In this document: piece after piece, positions 1 to 11,900 of the stretch | Numbering within the stretch: position 1 is the stretch's first letter | How the letters are laid out: every line of letters begins with the position of its first letter | From: Eledone cirrhosa | Lineage: Eukaryota | Assembly: GCA_964016885.1 (NCBI GenBank) | Contig: OZ024741.1 | Span: 149,048,001-149,112,000, forward strand | DNA length: 64,000 nt | Direction: 5' to 3' | Translations under genes and position numbers: made by a program | Notes under the pieces: model-generated | What the model was told of the DNA's origin: nothing | Seen by the model: the letters and a program-made list of their open reading frames with translations, nothing else | Databases searched by the model: none

Positions 1-934
1 AAGTGAACCCCCAGATAAACTGTAAAACTAAAAATGTAGTCTATAGCATAAGATATACAGAGGGTACTTGCAAAAACATGACAACAACATACATAGGTGA
101 GAGAGCTCGAAGCATAGGAGAAAGAATAGACCAACACTGGGGGGAATTAAAAGGACAAAAACATGGTTCAGTACTATACGAACATGCTAGACAAAGACAT
201 GACGGTAATATAGACAACATGGAAATTAAAATAATATCTAAACATAGAAATGACCCAACAGGTAGGCAAATCAGAGAAGCGAGCGAAATAGAGCTTAGAA
301 AACCAAAGTTAAACAGGAAAAAACGAATGTTTCGCAGTATTAGTTATAGATGTTATCGCCGGTTTAGCAGGGTGGTAGAATCAGTGGTCGTTAGTTGCCA
401 GTGTGGTAAGTGATAGTATCCTCGTTGGATTATCTTGTTGACATAGACGTGAGGGAAGGTCCCTCGATCTATTTACCATCTATTTACAATATTCCTTTCG
501 TCAGGTCGCCAATTCCAGTAGCATGGATTAAAGATGTTATTGAGACACGAGTAACATAACAACGACTTCAACCGCAGTAATTAGAGATGAAATGTTTGTT
601 TATTTATATGGTTGAAGTTACAGATACAAAGAGGTTACAAAATGGAATGTGCCATTGCGCCGTTAAGCCGGCGAGGCTAGTGGTGCAATATCTCACTGTT
701 ACATTATGCGTGTTGCTGGCTCGAAGTTTCTGGTACAAGCTAGAGATTCTTCAAATCTTCGCGGGGAATTTCTTCCTCAGGGCGCGTAGGGATACATCCT
801 CTTCTACTGGCGCTGATTGGCTGAACTGAGCCAAATCACGCACAGAGAATGTATGTGAGCCCGTGGAATGTAGGTCACTACAAATGGAATAACAACAACC
901 ATACCCAAACAAAAATACTGACTTAAGAGAAATA

Positions 935-973
<39 letters not shown>

Positions 974-1422
974 ATATATACACAAGTACAATAACAACAA
1001 ACACATATAAACACACACTAGTACATAAAGGTAGAATACAAAAACCAAAACACATTCACTCAAATGCGAACACACATACCAAACATTATACACACACGCA
1101 AACGCATGCGCAGAGACGGAGACAAAAATAAATATATAAATAAATAAAATAAAAATGGCGTGAACATTACAATACAACACAATAGGAGGGAACATGATAA
1201 TAGTACCACTGATGATGTTGCAAAAGAACTTTGTTAGAGTATATATATATATTTATATCTGTATTTTTAACCGATAGTCAGTCAATGATAAACATTGATT
1301 GCCAAATAAATTAACTATGGAGATATAAAATATGCAGAGGCGAAAACCAACCAAACAGTGAATGTGTTATGTTATTATTTCTGGCAATGTTAACACTATG
1401 ACCCTCCCCAAGTATAACAATA
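1..1422 (+). mobile_element. Penelope-like element 3' part (GIY-YIG endonuclease C-terminus plus 3' UTR), diverged copy, interrupted at 330-882
   Basis: ORF 3..413 reads NVVYSIRY...TYIGERARSIGERIDQH (GIY-YIG) and is homologous to ~56065-56330. The UTR matches ~56360-56900 and ends in the same TATGACCCTCCCCAAGTATAACAATA, followed by (TA)n. Confidence 0.9.
330..882 (-). mobile_element. Probable solo LTR inserted in the PLE
   Basis: 553 bp absent from the other PLE copies, which read GAATGGAATAAC here. Flanked by a 4-bp duplication AATG (326-329 / 883-886). The minus strand starts TGTAGTG, like the Gypsy LTRs at 48485 and 53687. Confidence 0.65.
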
Positions 1423-1499
1423 TATATATATATATATATTATAAAATAACAGGAAGCTGAACTGGTGTAATTCCTTAAAGGTTTATTATACTATGAACA

Positions 1500-1687
1500 A
1501 GGGCGGTGGATTGGCAGTATCGGTAGACGGTCAGACGCCATGCTTTGGCGTATAGAGTTACGGCCCTTGCCATTCTCAGTTCAAATCCCGCCGAAGTTAA
1601 CCTTGCCTTTCATCTTTACGGGGTCGATAAAATAAAATACCAGTAATGCACTGGATTTTTGCTGCCCTTGTGCCAAAAGTAGAAACA
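1500..1687 (+). mobile_element. tRNA-derived SINE inserted in the left arm
   Basis: A-box-like TGGCAGTATCGG, B-box GTTCAAATCC, central GCCTTTCATCTTTACGGGGTCGATAAAATAAAATACCAG. 15-bp TSD ATTATACTATGAACA (1485-1499 / 1688-1702). Absent from the right arm. Confidence 0.9.
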
Positions 1688-1690
1688 ATT

Positions 1691-1748
1691 ATACTATGAA
1701 CATTTCAATGACCGGGTTCAGTATGAATCCGGTGACATCGTCAGGTAT
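1691..1748 (-). ncRNA. Type I hammerhead ribozyme motif (left arm)
   Basis: Minus strand ATAC-CTGACGA-[31-nt stem II, ACCGG/CCGGT]-GAAA-TGTTCAT-A-GTAT; same sequence as 35604-35661. Confidence 0.75.
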
Positions 1749-2276
1749 TCGAATTTTAAGAAAGGAAGTTGAAAAGGCAGAGACAAAAAGGCGACCACAC
1801 ATTTAGCAGTTTTTAGTTCGGTCGGCCACCTTCAAATGACGACTACCAATTCTTCTTATGTCTTTCTGGTGAAGAGGCGTAAGCTTATAGTGTACTACTA
1901 CCACTCCGTCATGGACAGAGGCTAGCAGTGGGATCAGGTTACATTGAAGTTGGTCAGAAGTGATAAAAGTACTAAGAAGTATATTTTTTCAAAAAACATA
2001 TATCTTTAACAAAGCTATATATAATGGACGCCTGTACAGTATATTTTTCATTGTAGGGTCAGAAAATACGATTAACGATTAGAAATGTAAAATTTGTGTT
2101 TAGAATTAAAAGATGTCATTTAAGATGAGATTAGAAAAGTAAGATTTAGGTTTAAAATTGGGAGATTTAATTAAAGAATTTACAGAAGGAGGCGTTTATG
2201 AAAAGGTTAAGTGTATTATTGATAGTCACGATAAAGTTTCAGGGTAGAATATAAAGTTAAGACTAAGCCCATGTTA

Positions 2277-2792
2277 GGCGGTCAGTAACCAGCGACGTTG
2301 CGGACTCCCAGCCCACCCGGGGCCCAATGGCATGTCAACCGTTCCGAGTATTTTCGTCTACGGAAAGAAAGGGAAATTTATTTTTCCGAGCACTCCAGGA
2401 ATGTTAACTGTCTCAAGCGCAGGGGGTGCTAGCGGGAAGCCCGCCATCGTCAGCTGATCATCGTGTATACCAAACGATTCTTAGTTATTCACACTGGTGG
2501 GAGATTTAGTTAGAGTGCTAGTAGGAGGCATGATAAATTTTAAAGTTATCATTAAGCCTAGAATTTAAAAGTAGTGTTTGGCGGTCAATAACCGGTGGCA
2601 CGGCGGATTCCAAGCCCGCACAGGGCCCAAGGACGTAACAGCCGTTCCGAGTATTTTCGTTTAGAAGGTGAAATTTATTTTTCCAAGCACTCTAGGAAGG
2701 CCGATCGACTCGAGCGCCTGGCGTGCGATCGGGAAAGCCGCCATATCAGTCGGATCATCGCGTGTACCAAACGATTATTAGTAATTCACACT
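2277..2792 (-). repeat. Two diverged ~215-nt GC-rich modules inside the left arm (2277-2495, 2580-2792)
   Basis: Shared blocks GGCGGTCARTAACC, CCGTTCCGAGTATTTTCGT, GAAATTTATTTTTCCRAGCACTC and TACCAAACGATT..TTAG..ATTCACACT. Confidence 0.9.
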
Positions 2793-2947
2793 CGTGATGT
2801 GAAGTTTAAAAGTGGCAAAATCTGATGAAATGGGTAAGAATACTATATTTAGTCCCCAGGTACCCGGGTTATATGTAGTGTGATTCCTGAGTGGGTATGG
2901 GGAGTGATTAAAGATAAACAGATATAAGGGTACAGAGAATAATAGTC

Positions 2948-5900
2948 TAGGGTTAGGGTTAGGGTTTGGATTTGGGTTAGGGTTTGGGTTTGGGTTTGCG
3001 TTTGGCTTTGGGTTAGGGTTAGGGTTTGGGTTTGAGTTAGGGTTTGGGTTTGGGTTAGGGTTATGATTAGGGCTAAGGTTAGAGTTAGGGTTAGGGTTAA
3101 GGTTAGGGTTAGGATTTGCATTTGGTTTAGAGTTAGGATAGGGTTTGGGTTAGGATTAATGTTAGGGTTAGGGTTAGGGTTAGGGTTAATGTTAAGGTTA
3201 GGGTTAGGGTTAGGGTTAATGTTAGGGTAAGGGTTTGGGTTTGTGTTAGGGATATGGTTAGGGTTAGGGTTAGGGCTAGGGTTAGGGTTCGGGTTTGGGT
3301 TAAGGTTAGGGTTTGGGTTTTGGTTAGGGTTATGGGTAGGGTTAGGGTTAGGTTTAGGGTTAGGGTTAGGGTTTGGATTGGGTTAGGGGTAGGGTTAGAG
3401 CTAGGGTTAGGGTTAGGGTTTGGGTTAGGGTTAGGGTTTGGATTTTGGTTAGGGTTATGGGTAGGGTTAGGGTTAGGTTTAGGGTAAGGGTTGGTGTTTG
3501 GGATGGGGTTTGGGTTAGGGTTAGGGTTAGGGTTACGGTTAGGGTTAATGTTAGGGTTACGGATAGGGTTACGGTTAGGGTTAGGGTCATGATTAGGGTT
3601 AGGGTTAAGGATAGGGTTAGGGGTAGTGTTAGGGTTAGGGTTAGGGTTAGGTTTAGGGTTAGGGTTAGGGTTATAGTTAGGGTTAATTTTAGGGTTAGGG
3701 TTAAGGTTAGGGTTAGGGTTAATGGTAGGGCGAGGGTTAGGGTTAATGTTAGGGTTAGGTATAGGGTTCGGGTTAATGTTAGGTTTTAGGGTTAGGGTTA
3801 GGGTTAATGTTAGGGTTAGGGTTAGGGTGAGTGTTAGGGTTAGGGTTAGGGTTAGGTTTAGGGTTAGGGTTAGGGTTAGAGTTAGGGTTAATTTTAGGGT
3901 TACGGTTAAGGTTAGGGTTAGGGTTAATGTTAGGGTTAGGGTTAGGGTTAGGGTTAATGTTAGGGTTAGGTATAGGGTTCGGGTTAATGTTAGGTTTTAG
4001 GGTTAGGGTTAGGGTTAATGTTAGGGTTAGGGTTAGGGTTAGGGTTTGGATTGGGTTAGGGGTAGAGTTAGAGCTAGGGTTAGGGTTAGGGTTTGGGTTA
4101 GGGTTAGGGTTTGGGTTTTGGTTAGGGTTATGGGTAGGGTTAGGGTTAGGTTTAGGTTTAGGGTTAGGGTTTGGATTGGGTTAGGGGTAGGCTAGGGTTA
4201 GAGTTAGGGTTTGGTTTAGGGTAAGGGTTGGTGTTTGGGATGGGGTTGGGTTAGGGTTAGGGTTTGGATTTGGTTTAGAGTTAGGATTTGGGTTTGGGTT
4301 AGGGTTAGGGTTAATGTTAGGGTTACGGATATGGTTACGGTTGGGGTTAGGGTCATGATTAGGGTTAGGGTTAAGGATAGGGTTAGGGTTAGTGTTAGGG
4401 TTAGGGTTAGGGTTAGGTTTAGGTTTAGGATTAGAGTTAGGGTTAATGTTAGGGTTAGGGTTAGGGTTAATGTTAGGGTTAGGTATATGGTTCGGGTTAA
4501 TGTTAGGTTTTAGGATTAGGGTTAGGGTTAATGTTAGGGTTAGGGTTAGGGTTAATGTTAGGGTTAGGGTTAGTGTTAGACTTAGTGTTATGATTAGGGT
4601 TAGATATAGGGTTCGGGTAAATGTTAGGTTTTAGGGTTAGGGTTAGGGTTAATGTTAAGGTTAGTGTTGGGTTAGGGTTAGGGTTAATGTTGGGGTAAGG
4701 GTTTGGGTTTGGGTTTGGGATAGGGTTAGGGTTTAGGTTTGGGTTAGGGTTAGGCTTAGGGTTAATGTTAGGGTTAGGGTTGGGTTAGGGTTAGGGTTAG
4801 GTTTAATGTTAAGGTTAGGGTTAGGGTTAGGGTTAATGTTATGGATAGTGTTCGGGTTAGGGTTAGGGTTAATGTTGGGGTAAGGGTTTGGGTTTGGGTT
4901 TGGGTTAGGGTTAGGGTTAGGGTTAGGGTTATGATTAGGGTTAGGGTTAGGGTTAGGGTTAATATAAGGGTTAGGGTTGGGGTTAGGGTTAGGGTTGGGG
5001 TTAGCGTTAGGTTTTGCGTTAGGGCTAGGGTTTGGGTTTGAGATAGGGTTTGGCTTTTAGTTAGGGTTATGGGTAGGGTTAGGTTTACGGTTATGGTTAG
5101 GATTAGGGTTTGGGTTTGGGTTAGGGTTTGGGTTAGGGTTTTGGATTGGGTTAGGTCTAGGGTTTGGGTTAGGGTTAGGGTTAGGGTTTGGGTCAGTGTT
5201 TGGTTTAGGGTTAGGATTTGATTTACGGTAAGGGTTGGTGTTTGAGTTGGTGTTTGGGTCAGGGTTAGGGTTTGGATTTTGTTTAAAGTTAGGATTTGAT
5301 TTTGGGTTAGGATTAATGTTAGGGTTTGGGATAGGGCTTCGGTTAGCGTTAGGGTTAGAGTTAGAGTTAGGATTAGGGTTAGGGTTAGCATTAATGTTAG
5401 CGTTAGGGTTAGGGTTAGGGTTAGGGTTAATGTTAGGGTTAGGTTTAGGTTTAATGTTAGTATTAGGGTTGGGGTTAAGGTCAGGGTTAATGTTAGGGTT
5501 ATGATTAGGTTAAGGGTTAGGGTTAGGGTTAGGGTTAATGTCAGGGTTAGCGTTAGGGTTAGGGTTAATGTTAGGGTTAGGGTTAGTGTTAGGGGTAATG
5601 TTAGGTTTACGGATAGGATTACGGTTAGGGTTAGGGTCATGATTAGGGTTAGGGTTAGGGTTAAGGTTCGGGTTAGGGTTAGGGTTAGGGGCAATGTTAG
5701 GGTTAGGGTTAGGGTTAATGTTAGGGTAAGGGTTTGGGTTTGGGATATGGTTAGGGTTAGGGTTAGGGCTAGGGTTAGGGTTAGGGTTTGGGTTAGGGTT
5801 AGGGTTTGAGTTAGGGTTTGGGATTGGGTTAGGGCTAGGGTTTGGGTTAGGGTTAGGGTTAGGCTTTGGTTTAGGGTAAGGGTTGGTGTTTGGGATGGGG

Positions 5901-8900
5901 TTTGGGTTATGGTTAGGGTTTGGATTTGGTTTAGAGTTAGGATTTGGGTTTGGGTTAGGGTTAGGGTTAGGTATAATGTTAGGGTTAGGGTTAATGTTAA
6001 GGTTAGGGTTAGGGTTAATGTTAGGATTAGGGTTAGGGTTAGGGTCAGTGTTAATGTTAGGCTTAGGGTTAGGGTTAGTGTAGGGGTAATGTTAGGGTTA
6101 CCGATAGGGTTACGGTTAGGGTTAGGGTCATGATTAGGGTTAGGGTTAAGTACAGGGTTAGGGTTAGGGTTAGGGTTTGGTTTAGGATTAGGGTTAGGGT
6201 TAGAGTTATGGTTAATTTTAGGGTTAGGTTTAAGGTTAGGGTTAGGGTTAATGGTAGGGTGAGGGTTAGGGTTAATGTTATTGTTAGGTATAGGGTTCGG
6301 GTTAATGTTAGGTTTTAGGGTTAGGGTTAGGGTTAATGTTAGGGTTAGGGTTAGGGTGAGTGTTAGGGTTAGGGTTAGGGTTAGGTTTAGGGTTAGGGTT
6401 AGGGTTAGAGTTAGGGTTAATTTTAGGGTTACGGTTAAGGTTAGGGTTAGGGTTAATGTTAGGGTTAGGGTTAGGGTTAGGGTTAATGTTAGGGTTAGGT
6501 ATAGGGTTCGGGTTAATGTTAGGTTTTAGGGTTAGGGTTAGGGTTAATGTTAGGGTTAGTGTTAGGGTTAGTGTTTGGATTGGGTTAGGGGTAGAGTTAG
6601 AGCTAGGGTTAGGGTTAGGGTTTGGGTTAGGGTTAGGGTTTGGGTTTTGGTTAGAGTTATGGGTAGGGTTAGGGTTAGGTTTAGGTTTAGGGTTAGGGTT
6701 TGGATTGGGTTAGGGGTAGGCTAGGGTTAGAGTTAGGGTTTGGTTTAGGGTAAGGGTTGGTGTTTGGGATGGGGTTTGGGTTAGGGTTAGGGTTTGGATT
6801 TGGTTTAGAGTTAGGATTTGGGTTTGGGTTAGGGTTAGGGTTAATGTTAGGGTTACGGATATGATTACGGTTGGGGTTAGGGTCATGATTAGGGTTAGGG
6901 TTAAGGATAGGGTTAGGGTTAGTGTTAGGGTTAGGGTTAGGGTTAGGTTTAGGTTTAGGATTAGAGTTAGGGTTAATGTTAGGGTTAGGGTTAGGGTTAA
7001 TGTTAGGGTTAGGTATATGGTTCGGGTTAATGTTAGGTTTTAGGATTAGGGTTAGGGTTAATGTTAGGGTTAGGGTTAGGGTTAGGGTTAGGGTTAATGT
7101 TAGGGTTAGGGTTAGTGTTAGACTTAGTGTTATGATTAGGGTTAGATATAGGGTTCGGGTAAATGTTAGGTTTTAGGGTTAGGGTTAGGGTTAATGTTAA
7201 GGTTAGTGTTGGGTTAGGGTTAGGGTTAATGTTGGGGTAAGGGTTTGGGTTTGGGTTTGGGATAGGGTTAGGGTTTAGGTTTGGGTTAGGGTTAGGCTTA
7301 GGGTTAATGTTAGGGTTAGGGTTGGGTTAGGGTTAGGGTTAGGTTTAATGTTAAGGTTAGGGTTAGGGTTAGGGTTAATGTTATGGATAGTGTTCGGGTT
7401 AGGGTTAGGGTTAATGTTGGGGTAAGGGTTTGGGTTTGGATTGGGTTAGGGTTAGGGTTAGGGTTAGGGTTATGATTAGGGTTAGGGTTAGGGTTAATAT
7501 AAGGGTTAGGGTTGGGGTTAGGGTTAGGGTTGGGGTTTGAGATAGGGTTTGGCTTTTAGTTAGGGTTATGGGTAGGGTTAGGTTTACGGTTAAGGTTAGG
7601 ATTAGGGTTTGGGTTTGGGTTAGGGTTTGGGTTAGGGTTTTGGATTGGGTTAGGTCTAGGGTTTGGGTTAGGGTTAGGGTTAGGGTTTGGGTCAGTGTTT
7701 GGTTTAGGGTTAGGATTTGATTTACGGTAAGGGTTGGTGTTTGAGTTGGTGTTTGGGTCAGGGTTAGGGTTTGGATTTTGTTTAAAGTTAGGATTTGGGT
7801 TTGGGTTAGGATTAATGTTAGGGTTTGGGATAGGGCTTCGGTTAGCGTTAGGGTTAGAGTTAGAGTTAGGATTAGGGTTAGGGTTAGCATTAATGTTAGC
7901 GTTAGGGTTAGGGTTAGGGTTAGGGTTAATGTTAGGGTTAGGTTTAGGTTTAATGTTAGTATTAGGGTTGGGGTTAAGGTCAGGGTTAATGTTAGGGTTA
8001 TGATTAGGTTAAGGGTTAGGGTTAGGGTTAATGTCAGGGTTAGCGTTAGGGTTAGGGTTAATGTTAGGGTTAGGGTTAGTGTTAGGGGTAATGTTAGGTT
8101 TACGGATAGGATTACGGTTAGGGTCATGATTAGGGTTAGGGTTAGGGTTAAGGTTCGGGTTAGGGTTAGGGTTAGGGGCAATGTTAGGGTTAGGGTTAGG
8201 GTTAATGTTAGGGTAAGGGTTAGGGTTTGAGTTAGGGTTTGGGATTGGGTTAGGGCTAGGGTTTGGGTTAGGGTTAGGGTTAGGCTTTGGTTTAGGGTAA
8301 GGGTTGGTGTTTGGGATGGGGTTTGGGTTATGGTTAGGGTTTGGATTTGGTTTAGAGTTAGGATTTGGGTTTGGGTTAGGGTTAGGGTTAGGTATAATGT
8401 TAGGGTTAGGGTTAATGTTAAGGTTAGGGTTAGGGTTAATGTTAGGATTAGGGTTAGGGTTAGGGTCAGTGTTAATGTTTGGCTTAGGGTTAGGGTTAGT
8501 GTAGGGGTAATGTTAGGGTTACGGATAGGGTTACGGTTAGGGTTAGGGTCATGTTTAGGGTTAGGGTTAAGTACAGGGTTAGGGTTAGGGTTAGGGTTTG
8601 GTTTAGGATTAGGGTTAGGGTTAGAGTTATGGTTAATTTTAGGGTTAGGTTTAAGGTTAGGGTTAGGTGTAATGTTAGGGTTAGGGTTCGGGTTAGGGTT
8701 AATGTTCGGTTTTAGGGTTAGGATTAGGGTTAATTTTGGGGTTAGGGTTAGGGTTAGGGTTAGGGTTAATGTTATGGATAGGGTTAGTGTTAGACTTAGT
8801 GTTATGGTTAGTGTTAGGGTTAGCTTTAGGGATAGGGTTAATGTTTGAGTTAGGATTAGGGTTAGGGTTAGTGTTAATGTTGGGGTAAGGGTTCGGGTTT

Positions 8901-11900
8901 GGCTTTGGGATAGGGTTAGGATTTAGGTTAGGGTTAGGGTTAGGGTTAATGTTAGAGTTAGTGGTGGCTTAGGGTTAGGGTTAATGTTAAGGTTAGGGTT
9001 AGGGTTAATGTTAGGTTTAGTGTTCGGGTTAGGGTTAGGGTTAATGTTAGGGTTAAGGTTAGGGTTATTGTTAATGTTAGGGTTAGGGTTAATGTTAGGT
9101 TAAGATTTGATTTTTGATTTGTCATATGGTTAGGGTTAGGGTTAGGGCTATGGTTAGGGTTAGGGTTTCGGTTAGGGTTATGGGTAGGGTTGGTGTTAGG
9201 GTTAGGGTTAGGGTTTGGTTTAGGATAAGGGTTGGTGTTTGGGATGGACTTTGGGTTAGGGCTAGGATTTGGGTTTGGGTTAGGACTAATGCTACGGTTT
9301 GGGTTAGGGTTAGGGTTAATGTTAAGATTAAGGTTAGGGTTAATGTTAGGATTAGGGTTAGGGTTAAGGTAGGGTTAATGTTAGGGTTACTGATAGGGTT
9401 ACGGTTAGGGTTAGCGTCATGATTAGGGTTAGGGTTAGGGTTAGGGTTAGAGTTAGGGTGAGGGTTAGGGTTAGGGTTAGGGTTGGGGATAGGGTTAGGG
9501 TTAGGGTTAGGGTTAGGTTTGGGGTTAGGCTTGGATTTAGGGTTAAGGTTAGGGTTAGGGTTGGGGTTAGGGTTGGGGTTAGGGCTAAGTTAGAGTTAGA
9601 GTTAGGGTTAGAGTTAGGGTTGGGGTCTGGGTTTGGTTTACGGTTAGGGTTTGGGTTAGGGTTAGGGTCAGGGTTAGGGTTAGGGTTAGGGTTAGGGTTG
9701 GGGTTGGGGTTAGGGTTAGGGTTGGGGTTAGGGTTAGGGTTAGGGTTAGGGTTGGGGTTAGGGTTAGGGTTAGGGTTGGGGTTGGGGTTAGGGTTAGGGT
9801 TAGGGTTAGGGTTAGGGTTGGGGTTGGTGTTGTGTTGGGGTTGGGGTTGGGGTTGGGGTTAGGGTTAGGGTTGGGGTTAGGGTTAGGGTGAGGGTGAATG
9901 TTAGGGTTAGGGTTAGGATTGGGATTGGGTTTGGGGTTAGGGTTGGGGTTGGGTCTAGGGTTAGGGTTGGGGTTAGGGTTAGGGTTAGGGTTAGCGTTAG
10001 GGTTAGGGTTCGGGTTACGGTTAGGGTTAGGGTTTGGGTTAAGGTTGGGGTTAGAGTTAGGGTTCGGGTTAGTGGTAGGGTTAGGGTTACGGTTAGGGTT
10101 AGGGTTGGGGCTGGGGTTGGTGTTGGGGTTGGGGTTAGGGTTAAGGTTGGGGTTGGGGTTGGGGTTAGGGTTAGTATTGGGTTGGGGTTGGGGTTAGTGT
10201 TATGGTTGGGTTTACGGTTAGTGTTAGGGTTTGGGTTAGGATTAGGGTTAGGGTTAGGTTTAAGGTTAGGGTTAGTTTTAGGGATAGGGTTAGCGATAGA
10301 GTTAGCATTAGGGTTAGGGTTAGGGTTAATGTTGGGGTAAGGGTTTGGGTTTGGGTTTCGGATAGGGTTAGGGTTTAGCTTAGGGTTAGGGTTAGGGTTA
10401 ATGTTAGGGTTAGTGGTGGGTTGGGGTTAAGGTTAGGGTTAAATTTAGGGTTAGGGTTAGGGTTAGGGTTAGGGTTAGGGTTAGGGTTAGGCTTTGGGTT
10501 AGTGTTAGGGTGTGAGTTAGGGTTTTGGTTTTGTTTAGGGTTATGGGTAGGGTTAGGGTTAGGGTTAGGATTAGCGTTAGGGTTAGGGTTTGGGTTTGAT
10601 TTAGGGTTAGGGATTGGTTTAGGGTTAGGGTTAGGGTTAGGGTTAATGTAAGGGTTGGGGTTAGGGTTAGCGTTAGGGTTAGGGTTAGGGTTAGAGTGGG
10701 GGTTAGGGTTAGTGTTAGGGTTGGGATTAGGGTTAGGGTTAGGGTTGGGGTTAGGGTTGAGGTTAGTGGTAGGGTTAGGGTTTGGGTTAGGGTTAGGGTT
10801 AGGGTTAGGTTTAGGGATAGGGTTAGGGTTAGGGTTAGGGTTAGGGTTAGGGTTGGGGTTAGGGTTAGGGTTAGGGTTAGGTTTAGTGTTAGGATTGGGT
10901 TTAGTGTTAGTGTTAGGGTTAGGGTTAGGGTTGGGGTTAGGGTTAGTGTTGGGGTTAGGGTTAGGGTTAGGGTTGGGGTTATGGTTAGGGTTAGGGTTAG
11001 GGTTAGATTTAGGGTTAGGGTTGGGGTTGGGGTTAGGGTTAGGGTTAGGGTTAGGGTAAGGGTTGGGGTTAGGGTTAGGGTTAGGGTTAGGGTTAGGGTT
11101 AGGGTTGGGGTTAGGGTTAGGGTTAGGTTTAGTGTTAGGATTGGGTTTAGTGTTAGTGTTAGGGTTAGGGTTAGGGTTGGGGTTAGGGTTAGTGTTGGGG
11201 TTAGGGTTAGGGTTAGGATTGGGGTTATGGTTAGGGTTAGGGTTAGGGTTAGATTTAGGGTTAGGGTTGGAGTTGGGGTTAGGGTTAGGGTTAGGGTTAG
11301 GGTAAGGGTTGGGGTTAGGGTTAGCGGTAGGGTTAGGGTTGGGGTTAGAGTGGGGGTTAGGGTAGGGTTAGGGTTGGGGTTAGGGTTAGGGTTAGGGTTG
11401 GGGTTAGGGTTAGGGTTGAGGTTAGTGGTAGGGTTAGGGTTACGGTTAGGGTTAGGGTTGGGGCGGGGTTGGTGTTGGGGTTGGAGTTAGGGTTAGGGTT
11501 GGGGTTGGTGTTGGGGTTAGGGTTAGGGTTTGGGTTAGGGTTAGGGTTAGGGTTAGGGTCAGGTTTAGGGATAGGGTTAGGGTTAGAGTTAGGGTTAGGG
11601 TTAGGGTTGGGGTTAGGGTTAGGGTTAGGGTTAGGTTTAGTGTTAGGATTGGAGTTAGTGTTAGGGTTAGAGTTAGGGTTAGGGTTGGGGTTAGGGTTAG
11701 GGTTGGGGTTAGGGTTAGGGTTAGGGTTAGGTTTAGGGATAGGGTTAGGTTTAGGGTTAGGGTTAGGGTTAGGGTTAGGGTTAGGGTTAGTGTTAGGATT
11801 GGGGTTAGTGTTATGGTTGGGGTTAGGGTTAGGGTTAGGGTTAGGGTTAGGGTTAGTGTTAGGATTGGAGTTAGTGTTAGGGTTAGGGTTAGGGTTAGGG

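Larger units (their letters stand above)
1437..2953 (-). repeat. Left arm of ~1.3-kb inverted repeat (non-coding, HHR-bearing, PLE-like 3' terminal region)
   Basis: Reverse complement of 34401-35712 apart from scattered substitutions, small indels (about 13, 22 and 6 bp) and a SINE insertion. Abuts (TA)n on the outside. Confidence 0.95.

Noticed and set aside
2595-2825. 76-78-aa ORF shared by both arms (also 34529-34765)
   Set aside because: GTG start, no recognisable domain, antisense to the HHR strand; sharing is explained by the arm duplication.
2820-2860. CTGATGA as a further hammerhead core (also ~63433)
   Set aside because: No closing stem II, GAAA or stem I/III partners found.
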